From NCBI GenBank assembly GCA_047495785.1, contig JBLDXI010000024.1, positions 4,836,001 through 4,900,000 on the forward strand: a stretch of 64,000 nucleotides of DNA, in the 5' to 3' direction. Position numbers and translations under genes: made by a program. Source of the DNA: Lepidodermella squamata (Eukaryota; Animalia; Gastrotricha). This document shows positions 12,601 through 24,172 of the stretch, in pieces. The notes under the pieces are model-generated. The model was given only the letters and a program-made list of their open reading frames with translations. It was not told the origin of the DNA and did no database searches. Each line of letters opens with the position of its first letter. Position 1 is the stretch's first letter.

Positions 12601-13676
12601 GATTCGCGGATCCTTTGGCGGATTTGGCGGATCCTTACAACGCCATGTTGACCTCAGGGGGTAATCCATATTCGAGGAATTCGAATCCGATATCAATTGT
12701 TTGATAGCGTTATCCTATGATTGGAAAATATTCGATTTTCGGAATCGATATCGATCGATTATCGATTTTTTCCGATCACTATTTCGGATAGAAAAAATCA
12801 ATTCGAATTCGAATTCCTCGATACGGATTATCCCTTTTGGTCAACATGGCGTTGTAAGGATCCGCCAAATTGTACATTAAATGGCGATTTTTGTTATAAA
12901 TTGTCGACATTTCACGATTGTACACTTTTAATGAGACATATCAAAGCGTCATATTTTAATAATTATACGAATTTAAGGCGAAGCATGAATGCTGAATTGA
13001 GCACTCTGTCTTATAGAGAAATTCGTGCTAAATTTACTGGTGATTTTTCTAGAACTATTGTGTTCAATCTTGACCTTCAAGAAATATCCGAAAAGTTGTT
13101 TCAGGCCACTAGATAATTCCAAAATTAGGTTCCGCTACTGTACATTTGGTTCCGGTAAAAGAAGACCATTTACTTCAGTTATGAAAAAAATTCATATGTC
13201 AACTCGTTATCTGATTTTATGCCTTTATTGTTTAGATGGAGCGATTTTTGCGTGACGCGCCAACTGTTGCGACAATTTTCGCGCCGATCATGTTCCCGCC
13301 CAGCGCTGTTCTTGTTTTCACCGAAGATGGGAAGTCGCCTTTCGGAATGCGACTCCTCGCCACCGGTACGCTGCTGTCCGTCGACCCGAGTCGCCTCAAC
13401 ATCAAACGCATCGTGCTGAGCGGTCATCCGTTCAAAATCGTCAAGCGCCACGCCGTTGTTCGGTTCATGTTCTTCAACCGCGAGGACATTCAGTGGTTCA
13501 TGCCGGTGGAACTGCGCACGAAAATGGGCCGGCGCGGGCACATCACGGAGCCGCTGGGCACGCACGGCCACATGAAGTGCATTTTCGACGCGCCGCTCAA
13601 CCAACAGGACACTATTCTGATGAATTTGTACAAGCGCGTGTACCCGCGGTTCGATTTCGCCGAGTTTGCGCCGTGA
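9658..13676 (+). CDS. TSR1: Pre-rRNA-processing protein TSR1 (40S biogenesis factor)
   Basis: Exons 9658-9924, 9981-10096, 10152-10421, 10482-11766, 13236-13676. Motifs [93 protein letters not shown]. Confidence 0.95.
12622..12870. mobile_element. MITE-like inverted-repeat element in TSR1 intron 4
   Basis: ATTTGGCGGATCCTTACAACGCCATGTTGACC at 12622 and its exact reverse complement ending 12870; arms continue imperfectly for ~40 bp more. Confidence 0.7.
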
Positions 13677-13955
13677 TTAATCATCGCCTCAATTTTTGCT
13701 CGTTGTTGGGTCTGGAGATAAGATAATATCAAAAAGGCTAAATATTTGATAAGGGCCACATTTAATGAGTAATGAATAATGAAAATATATAATCCCACGA
13801 TTTCATTATGTGTAAAATGGGGAACACACCGAAAAAACCGAAACGGGTCCAGAAATTTTCGATCGACTTATTTTTTTATTCCCAATTTTCATCCGTTTGT
13901 TTTTTGTTTAGGAAGAATGGATTTTATGTTATTGTGAAATTAACATTGAGGAGAT

Positions 13956-15492
13956 ATGATGGAGAAACCGGTGAGTATTTTATTTAATTTATCTGAAATT
14001 TCGAGGAATTTTAATTCTGGAAAAACTTCTGCGAGCATAATTTACTATCTGCCGAAAAAATTCGAATTTACCGATGAAAATTCTAAACATAACTACTAAA
14101 AATTTCACTAGTTTTTAATTGATCAACATTTTTTTGGATTTTAATTATCGAATCTCGAATTTCTGATGGCATACAAATTTTAATATCATTTTATTGACAA
14201 TTTTTCAGGTTGTTTCTGATTTTCAATTGCCTCCTGGTGTTAATGCAGATGAACTAATCAAACCAATCGAGCATAACGGCACGTTCAAAAACCCATTTGC
14301 GGAATGGAAAGAGCCGAGCCTGATGACAGTTGTCAAATGGAAGACCATGATCAAGGCCCCGCCGTCCGAATACCCGAAAATCCCGACCGAGGAACAAGTC
14401 GAGGGCCACATCAAATGCTGCCAGCCGTCGTTCGCCTCGGTGAAAAACGCGAATTTCAACGGAAATCCGAATGATTTAGCTGTTACATGGCTGGGCCATG
14501 CGACTTGCCTCGTCGAATGCGATGGAATTTCTTGGATAACTGACCCAATTTTTTCGCAACACTGCGCGCCCTCTTTCGTCCAGAAATCGTCGCTCGTCTC
14601 GTATTTTGCGAATAGTGCGAGGCGTTTCATCGGGCTGCCATGTACGGTTCAAGATCTACCTGAAACCTTGCGATTTGTGCTGATTTCACACAACCATTAC
14701 GATCATCTTGATGCGGTAAATATTTTTTATTTTTTCGAATTTTTCAATTTTTATTTCAAATTTTTATTTTTATTTTTTTCAAATTTTTTCCAGCCTTCCT
14801 GTGTTGATATTGCGAACAAATTTGGCGATCGAGTGGCGTGGTGCGTCCCGAAAGGCCTCCGACCAACAATGGAGTCTATCCTACCGCAATTTTGCAAGGA
14901 CTCAATCTACGAACACGACTGGTGGCAGGGCAGCAATTTCACGTTTCCAGGCCAGAACGACGAGAAAACATCGAAAACGTTTCAAATCATCGCAACCCCA
15001 GCTCAACACTGGTCGATGCGGTCCATGACCATGTCAGATCGGAATAAATCACTATGGAGCAGCTGGGTGGTTATCGCGCCTTCAAATCGGAAATTTTTCT
15101 TCGCTGGTGATACCGGGTACTGCGACGCTTTCAAACAAATCGGCAAAGTTTTCGGGCCGTTCGATCTGGCCGCAATTCCTATCGGGGCTTTCGAACCTCG
15201 AGAGGTGATGGCCCCGCAGCACGTCGACCCAAAAGAGGCCGTGAAAATTCACGAAGATGTGAAATCTAAGTTCTCGGTCGGTATTCATTGGGGCACTTTC
15301 CCTCTGGCTGATGAGGGCTTTATGGATGCGGAGGTTCAACTGATGAAGCTGGTTGGTCTCGATGAAGCGAAATTGACGGCGAATGACGTGAAAAAATGTG
15401 ATGGTGGCATTTCTCTGACTGAAACAGTTCAGAAATCTGGGCTGAAACTTTCTTTCGTCACGCTTAACTGCGGACAGACTTATCGAGTTTGA
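13956..15492 (+). CDS. NAPEPLD: NAPE-PLD-like metallo-beta-lactamase, copy 1
   Basis: Exons 13956-13970 (tentative micro-exon ATG ATG GAG AAA CCG|gtgagt), 14209-14715, 14794-15492. TWLGHAT, TDPIFS, ISHNHYDHLD, QHWS, FFAGDTGY, IPIGAFEPR, QHVDP, IHWGTF. Confidence 0.9.
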
Positions 15493-15838
15493 ATGAAAAA
15501 TTGAACACATTTCGCATGAAAATTTTGAAAAATATTCATTTCTCAAATTTGTTGGGTAAAACGAAAAATTGGTTTAGCTTTCAAGTTTTTTTCATTTTCA
15601 ATATTTTTTAGGTTACAAATTCTGCTGAATTTCTGCTTGTTTTCATGCGAAATCTTCTCTGTGTGCTTCCTTATTTTTATTTAATAAGTTTGGGTCTCGC
15701 ATCTTAAATGATGGATAATTTAACGAACAGCTTATGGAAATGGTTTTTGTTGCAAGGACAGGCTCGAAAATGTGCAAATATAAATTCAATTTTTGAAATG
15801 TCATTAATTTTTTTTAGGAATTTCAACCCTTTAATAAT

Positions 15839-18800
15839 ATGCCTGCCCGAAAACGTAAATCTTCGAGTAAAGAGCGAATCGATGGAGAAGCTCCGTCATC
15901 TTCAAACGCCGGCGCAAAAATTGACACCAAGCAATCAGATGATTGCCGGCTGTTAAGCCCCGCCCCAAATGGCGAATTTTTGGCCGAATATAAATCGCCG
16001 AAAATCGAAGGATCAGCCGCGTTTCGCAGTTATCCGCAATTCGATGGCAGAAAGTTCGAAAATCCATGGGACACGTGGGTGGGGCCGAGTTTCAAACGAT
16101 CGATCACATTTTTGTGCTCGCGTGCCGGGCGCAATTTTCGCCGGCCGGTGCCGCCTAAAGACGTGTTGGATGCGGAGTTGCCGGTGAAACGGGCGAAATT
16201 CGACGATCAAGTGAAGCCGAATCCGGTAAACGAGCCGTGGGAAATCACGTGGATCGGCCATGCGACTGCCCTGGTGCGGATGGATGGCATTTCAATAATC
16301 ACAGACCCGGTTTTTAGCGACTATTGCTCGCCTGTTCCAATGGGTAGGTCTTTTCAAAATATTGCTGAAAAATACGTACAAATCGAGAATTAAAATTGTA
16401 GATAATTAGGTGTATTTTGCTTGGTAAAATTTCAGCGAAAACCTATTCAAAGAAATGATATATAACTACTGAAATCTCGTAATTTCAAATGAATAGCTTT
16501 TTTTTGCTTAAAAAGATTTTCGTGGCCAAGGTTCTCAGCTTTGCGAGTAGGAGTAAAGAGTAAAGTATACCTAAAGGAGTAGTAAAACCTTTCTACGTCG
16601 AGAAATTTTTATTTTGTAATGCAAGTTGCCATCGTTTCTTAAACCCTGGAAGTCTATGTCCGAGAAGAAAATGTGTGATCTTAAGCAAAGTAATCAAAGC
16701 TTGGTAACAACAATTTCCAAGTGGTTTTTGAACCTAGTTCTCAAAGCTGTGAGACGTTAGATATGATTAATTATTTTCAATTCGAAGATTTTATCCGCAA
16801 AATCTCCGACATCTACGATGAATAATTTTCAAGTTTGGCCTGGTATATTTCTTCATCATGGGGTGAGACGTTCAGTTTCCTCTCGCCTGTTTTTTGTTCT
16901 TGATTTGTTGTCAAGGCGAAGATGGTTGGAACGCTAGTTTCGGCGTCGACTAGACTGCAAAACATGAATGAACAGAAAAAAATAGATTATATTTCCGACG
17001 TTTCGACGGTGATCCTCGCTGTAATTTGCAAGGATTGATAACTCTGAAGTTGGATTTTTTAAGCTCGAACGGTGAGATGTGACGCAGAATTTTCCATTTT
17101 TCAGTCACCTGGAATTTTGAACATTGAAATTTCAGATAATTAGGTGTATTTTGCTTGGAAAATGGGTAGGATTTCGCTGAAAATGTATTTGAAAAATATT
17201 TATTTCAACTATTCATAATTGAAAACAACTGATGAGTCGAAATTTCACTCTGAATAGTTTGATTTTGCCTCATATTATTTTGATGACTAGGTTCTCAGCT
17301 TTCCAAATTGACGCTTAAGTCGGGTTACAATCCTTTCTCAAAGTCTGGTAGTCCATTTCCGATAAGAAAATTTATGATTTTAACCAGAGGAACAAGTAGT
17401 AATCACAACTCGGCAACAGGCATTTTCCAAGTCAATTTTGAAACTAATGAATCCATTTTTCACAGCTATGTGAAGGTAGATACTAAAGGCATAATTTTGT
17501 CGCCATTGATTTTCAATTCGATGATTTTATTCGACATTTACGATGAATAATTGGGGACTGTTTGGCCTGAGGAAAGAAATTGAGAATGAAAGAAAAAATT
17601 ACAGAGCCAAGAAATGAGAGCTTGGGTTCGTACCCAGGACCCTGATCTTTAATTTCAAAGTTCCCCCAAAATTTGTTTTAAAATTATTCCAGCTACAAAT
17701 AAATTACATGAATCTGTTGAATCGAGGTCTCCGATGAAGAATACGGCGAGGTCGAGAGCATAGGACTGAAGGGAAAAATTAGAGAGCCAAGAAATGAGAG
17801 CTTGGGTTCGTACCCAGGACCCTGATCTTTAATTTCAAAGTTCCAAAAACTTTGGTTTGAAAATTGCTTACTACGTAATTGCTACTTAATTGACGTATGC
17901 AGGATACTGCTTATTTGCTAAAATTCATGAAACATTTCTTCAAACCTGTATCATTGCACGTAATTGTCCCGAACCACTTCCATTCTTCATGCTTGATTAG
18001 GGCGCCAAGTTCCTTCAGCCTCGACTCCTTGTCGAACTCCTCATATTCCAGTGCAGTGCCAGGAGGAGACCAGCCAACCGCGCCTGTACCCGCCAGGCCT
18101 TCTGTCCCACGCTTCATGAAAATTGCTGTGCTGTTGCTGTTGAGCTGCGCCGATAGCTTCATGTCAAAAGAGAAGTAGATTGACGCAAAGGACCAGCTTG
18201 TTGCCAAGAAGAAGTTGCGAAGCCTCACTTTGACATGGTCAGACAGAGAGCCGATCCCACCTGTATTGTAGGACGTGTGCGACGAGTAGTGGTGGTGAGG
18301 CAGAGCACCAACAACACTGCCATCACGTTGGCAATAGAAAAGCGACGGAAACAGGGCACCCTCCGGATACAAGATGGAAGTTGCAGGGGCATCACCGAAG
18401 GCGACTATCAGGAGAAATGACTTCTGGGCAGAGTCGAAAGCCAGCCTGGTTCGCTGCAGAATTCCCAGGTGCTGCCATAGGTACTTGGCGAGAATTCCCT
18501 TGGTGGGATCATACAGCGGCTCGACTTCACCTCGAGGAAATTGAATATCAGCAGCCAAATCAAGCTGCTCAGGCTGGGGCAAGACCTCATCGGCTTCCGC
18601 TTCCAAGTTCGATACCCTACTAGCTGACAGTTGCAGTTCAGCATTTTCAGGCAAATCAGGCAGAAATTCGGGCGCCGAGAGCTTGGTGATGCCGTTCGCT
18701 GGAAGCTTTTTGAAGCACCGCGGGCAGATGCCGACACTGCACGACATGCTGCCATTCTGCAAGCCCGCAGGACAACGCAGTTGAGCAGTTTTGCCGCACT

Positions 18801-21119
18801 GATTTGCTCTTCCCGGCAATTGGAAGCAGCACCTCACCTTATGCTTGGCAGGCACTTTCATCAAGGTGAAGTTGAACTCGACGGAGTCATAGTGCATTTC
18901 GCAGGCCGCCTTGCTCTGGCCACCCAGCGATTGACGCACAGCCTGATTGCAGAAGGTCTGGTTGCCAGGCAGAGCGTAAATCGCAAATTCCACGTCAAAG
19001 CGCACGTGCTGACCGCTGACACCACGAACTACTCGCCCACTAGGCTCCACTGTCCACCAGCCACTGAAGCTTGGTGACCATCGAAAAACGATGAAGCATT
19101 TCTGGCCAAACTTATTATCGGCTGCAATACTTGCCCGTGCAAATGGCAGTGATCGAGTCGTGATCGGATAACCTTGAGCTCTGTGATTTGTTTGTCTTTT
19201 TCACAATCCATTTTTGCCAGCTTGTAATTTTTATGAGCTTGCCTTATTGCGGCAATTCGATTTGCGTGGGTTTCTTTAATTGTAGCAATTGTAGCTCAAG
19301 GTGAAGATTGCCCTGGGTCGCAAAATCTGAATGAGCACAAAAAATAAGTGATATAAAATGATAAGTGAGCTGAAATTAGCCTGTTCTGTGATCCTTGCAA
19401 TCATTTGCGTGGATTGATAGCCTGTTCTTCATCAGGTCAAAGAGGGAGTATAGCCACATAGGTAAATGCAATGCAGAATTTTTCATTTTGGTTATATATA
19501 AAACTGATTTACCTAAATCACAAGATATAAATCGAATTACTTATAATAAGATGGGCTTGACGAATTCGTTAGGAAGACTTTCGAAGATACTTTGTGAATT
19601 CCGTCAATTGGAACTTGGATTCGATATAGCCGTCATTAGCAGTAAAAGTCAGCCAAGCTTCGACGCATGTCTTAGTGATGCCTTGGTACTTCTTGAGACG
19701 CTCCAGCGATCGAGAACCAGACGCTCTCGGGAATGGCATGATTGACAAAAACGCAGCGATTGCATCACGGTTAGCCGAAGTATCAGTGCTTTGAGCAAAT
19801 GCTTTGCATTAGGATGTCTGAGAAAACAGGACTAATACTCGGTTTCAGAAAGGCGTTTTATCAGATGAAGATAGAGGCTCGAGCCCTTTCGACCTTAAAG
19901 CGTAGAAATGGAGAATAGCTGCATTATTTGTATGGAATATTATTCAATATTGACTCTCCATACAACAAAATAAATGTTGGAAAAGACGCTTCCTCAACTT
20001 TTGCTGAGCAGGATTTTAAAGGTATCTAAATCGCCATTTAATGTGTACACAAATTAAGTCTCGTCAAATTCGTGGCGAGGAATCCGAATTAGATAACGTA
20101 GAAAATATAGCAATCACGTGAAGTTTGAAAAAAATCGATAATCGATATCGATTATACGAAAATCAATAATCAATCAATATCGATTATCGATTTTTTTCAA
20201 ACTTTACGTGATTGCTACATTTCACTATATTATCACTAAATTAATTATGAATTAATTAAAATAATTGTTTATGAATGGTTGTTTTTAATTTAAAATTGAA
20301 CATCAAAATTTTTCGAAATTAAAAATAATTTTGTCTGAAAATATTAAAAAAAAATATTTTTGAATTTTCTTAGGAGCTCTAAAACGCATTCGCGAGACGC
20401 CGTGTTCAATCGCCGAACTGCCGGAAGACCTGCGTCTCGTCGTAATCTCGCACAACCACTACGACCACCTCGACTACAAGTCGTGCGTAAAACTCGCTGA
20501 AAAATACGGCGATCGGTTGACATTCTGCGTACCGAAAGGCCTCGCCGCGTGGTTCCGCTCGAATGTCCCCGGCCTGCGATCAACAGGTGTCGTCGAGCTG
20601 AACTGGTGGCAGTCGGCCAATTTCGACTGCGGCAGCGAAACCCACTCGCTCGGCCGGTTTCAAGTCATCGCCCTGCCAGCCCAACACTGGTCGCTGAGGA
20701 CGCCGTTCAATCGCAACGAATCTCTCTGGTCAGGCTGGGCTATTATCGGCCCGAGTGGTCGGAAATTCTACTTTGCAGGCGATACTGGGTACTGCACGGG
20801 CTTCAAAGAAATCGGACAGGAATTGGGGCCCTTCGAATTGGCAGCCATTCCAATTGGGGCGTATAAACCTCGAGAATTTCTATGCCACCAGCACGTCGAT
20901 CCGAAAGAGGCGGTTGAGATTCATTTGGATATTCGAGCGAAGCAGTCGGTTGGCGTGCATTGGGGCACGTTCCGCCTCGGCGGCGAGGATACGTTCGATC
21001 CGAGGACTGATTTGATCGAGGCTGTGAAAGCGCGGGACTTGCCGCAAGGAGCGTTTGTTACGCTCGATATTGGCGAAACTCTGGTCGTGAAATCGAAAGA
21101 TGATAAGGATAAGAATTGA
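15839..21119 (+). CDS. NAPEPLD: NAPE-PLD-like, copy 2
   Basis: Exons 15839-16343 and 20374-21119, joined G|GA across a 4.0-kb intron; all family motifs present. Confidence 0.9.
16400..17570 (+). repeat. Diverged tandem duplication (~730-bp period) in the copy-2 intron
   Basis: AGATAATTAGGTGTATTTTGCTTGG at ~16400 and ~17134; GGTTCTCAGCTTT at ~16530 and ~17290; TTTTCAATTCGA..CGACAT(C/T)TACGATGAATAATT..GTTTGGCCTG at ~16775-16842 and ~17510-17569. Confidence 0.6.
17594..17844 (+). repeat. Direct repeat, ~70-bp unit with 180-bp spacing
   Basis: AGAGCCAAGAAATGAGAGCTTGGGTTCGTACCCAGGACCCTGATCTTTAATTTCAAAGTTCC occurs at ~17603 and ~17783. Confidence 0.85.
17911..19211 (-). mobile_element. Truncated Helitron-like Rep-region ORF, antisense within the copy-2 intron
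   Basis: Intronless, GC-richer 379-codon ORF with a frameshifted upstream piece (19029-19211). Cys cluster, LYPEGALFPSLF..DGSVVGALP, ends at WFGTITCN, resembling the FxTxTxN motif 1 of Helitron HUH Rep domains. No HUH, Y2 or helicase motifs remain. Confidence 0.45.
20108..20217. mobile_element. Short MITE-like inverted repeat
   Basis: TAGCAATCACGTGAAGTTTGAAAAAAATCGATAATCGATAT paired with a near-exact reverse complement ending 20217. Confidence 0.65.
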
Positions 21120-21893
21120 TATTGCTACTATCGATAGTTCGATGACAAGCCATGACAATGAGAAAAGTCCAGTAATAATATTTCATATTTTTGAAATAAT
21201 CTAGTTTGACCGCTTTTGATAAAAATAATAAATTTTTTTTGCTTCGACTGCTTCAAATTTTACGTAATTTCGACGTTAAAATTACAATTTTTCATAGACA
21301 TTTGGCTTTCGCCCACCGAAATGTTTGTTTTCTATCTAATTCTTTTGTTTAAAGATAATTGAGAAAACTTGCCATAATTTGTAGAAGTAAGCACATTTTG
21401 GTTTCTTGAAAAGCCCAATTTTTCGTTGAATTTTCGTATTTTTTTCATTGTCATGACTTGTCTCTTATTTTTCATTCGATTATGATATGTTGTTGAACAT
21501 TACCGTAGCGTTTTGAAAAAAAATCAAAATACTGTCTTATTGTCGTATTGCAACTCAAGTTTCGACCATGTATCGTGGAACAACTCAAATTGTATCTTAT
21601 TTATTTTATTTATTTCAGTTTCGTCTCGAATAAAAATCGCTGATTTTATCTGGTGAAATATTGCCATTGAATAACACAAAATTTAGCTTGATTTCAACTT
21701 ATTGCCCCCTTTTCTCATTTTTTCAACTGCTCGTTTTTCGGATTTTTTTTGAAATAATCTCATAGGAAAAATTATAGGAAAATATTGTATACATTTCTTG
21801 ATATGTATTTTTTTTATCAAATATCTGCCATGGAATTTCAAATCACCGTTTAATTTTTTTCAATTCTTATTTTAGACCTTTTTATATTTATTT

Positions 21894-23412
21894 ATGATGT
21901 ACAAAGTCGAGCAGATAACAACGCAGACGGAAAATGTCCTTCAGCCAAGCTCAGTCGGCCCATTCGTCTCAGAAATCCCGGGCCAAAGCGGCAATCGCGT
22001 GCGACCGGGCTTCGACGGCACCTGCTTTGAAAACCCATGGGCCCGACCTACACCCTCAACTATTGGTCGCACTCTGAAATTCATGTGCTCACGAATGTGC
22101 AACTGCGCGACAGATGAACGAGTGCCATCAAAAGGCGATCTCGACGAATTTCTGCCCGTTAAGCCGGTCCACTTCGACAACTGCCCGCGGCCCAATGCGC
22201 AAACTATGCCGCTGGAGTTGACGTGGATCGGCCACGCGACGTCGCTGGTTCGAATGGATGGCATTTCGATAATCACCGACCCGATTTTCAGTGACTACTG
22301 CTCGCCAATTGCGCTGCATAGCACGCTGAGATACCGCAAACCGCCGTGTTCTATCGACGATTTGCCGCAGGATTTGCGTATTGTCGTCATTTCGCACAAT
22401 CACTACGACCATTTGGACTACAAATCCGTGACGAAAATCTACAAAAGATACGGCGATCTCGTGACATTTTGCGTGCCCAAGGGCCTCGCCAAGTGGTTTC
22501 GCGATAATTTATCTGGCATCAAAACGAATAAATTGGTTGAGCTGGAGTGGTGGCAACAGGCGAGCTTTGAGCTGATCTCACCGGCTGGCTCTATTCTCGG
22601 CCAGTTTCAGGTCGTGGCCGTGCCGGCTCAGCACTGGTCTCTGCGTGTTCCGGGCAATCGTAACCATTCCTTGTGGTGTGGCTATGTGGTTATCGGACCG
22701 AGCAAACGCAAATTTTTCTTTGCTGGTGATACTGGCTATTGCCCGGGGTTCAAAGAAATCGGAGCCGAGTTGGGACCTATCGATTTATCGGTAAGTTGGA
22801 GAACAATTCACTATAGTCAGAACCGGTTTTTGTTCGAAAAATGCAATTTATCCCACCCAAAATGTTGAGAGTGTACGAATTTTCGCTCAAGTCTTCGTAA
22901 TGTCAACAAATGGAACTACTCTTCCACCTTGAAAGACGCTAATCGGAAAATAATCCATTATACAAAAATGATCGAATTTTTTCGAATGTATTTATTTATT
23001 TACGTATTTACAAAAAAATCAAAATTTCGAATGAATATAATTCCGTATTTTGGCCGCGTTAACATGTCACGAAATTTTGAAATTTGATAAACCGGCTATT
23101 CAAAGTTTTGAAATGTTTGAAATTCATTGAACTTTTACTTTATTTCAGGCTATTCCGATCGGCGCGTATAAACCGCGTGATTTTCTGAGTTACTCTCACG
23201 TCGATCCGATCGAAGCTGTTGAGATTCACCTGGATGTTCAATCTCGGCGTTCAGTCGGCGTGCACTGGGGCACGTTCAAGCTGGGTGGCGAGAAGACGCT
23301 CGACCCCAAAACCGACCTGGCTCAGGCCTCCGCTGACAAGGGCCTGCCAGCCGGCGCTTTTGTAACAATCGGCCACGGCGAAACGCTGATTGTTGACGGT
23401 CGTACGAAATAA
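21894..23412 (+). CDS. NAPEPLD: NAPE-PLD-like, copy 3
   Basis: Exons 21894-22790 and 23149-23412 (junction DLS|AIP); motifs intact. Confidence 0.9.
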
Positions 23413-24172
23413 GGGAACAAAATCGACTTCAAATCGACAAAAACTTTAAATTTTCGCTAAAATCTCAAAATTTCGCATATTTCAACTGAAAAATTCCTAT
23501 AGTATTTATAACGTTTTTGATATCATTCTAATAATTTGAAACCTGTGATCAAAAGAATAACTCCACACATTTTTGTATATCTCTCGTTCTGTTTCCAACC
23601 GCTATTAAGAATGCGTTCTAGTAATTATTACGAGATGTCCAGGTGGAAATTTATATGGCTATTTAATTGATACTCGTAATGCTTGTTTTGATGATTTATA
23701 TTGATATAAATTAATATTCAAAGTTCAGATGCAATTATATATATTAAATTGTTCAGTGTTTATCATTCGGTTGTCTTTTTTATTGGTAATTGGTAAAAAG
23801 TTCTACTTCGGCTGCTTCAATCGATCATGTTTTGCATTTTCAAAAATATGCAGAACATTTTCGATTTGCGGACTGAATTTTTCAAGAACGGCTGAGAGAA
23901 GAAATATGGATGAAACTCATGTAATTTTTTAAATTGTGCCTCAAATCTTTCGAATTCAAATCGAAATGTATTTTTAAGATATTGACGAACAATTTTGAAC
24001 GGTGCGATTTTGTTAACGAAAATGAACGAGGCTTAAAACTCAATTTTTTCGTCGATTTATTTACTAGGGGTTATTGATTTTCTCTTCCTTCGCAAATCTT
24101 ACCCTCGAGCTTGCTCCTCTCAAAATAATTTATGCTTTCTAGATTTTATTATTTGTGAAATGAGATAAATTG

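Noticed and set aside
17229-17250. CTGATGAGTCGAAA hammerhead-like core
   Set aside because: No room for stem II and no convincing stems I or III.
21553-21592. Possible decayed hammerhead on the minus strand (..CATGGTCGAAAC)
   Set aside because: Core CUGANGA and cleavage site are absent; too weak to call.
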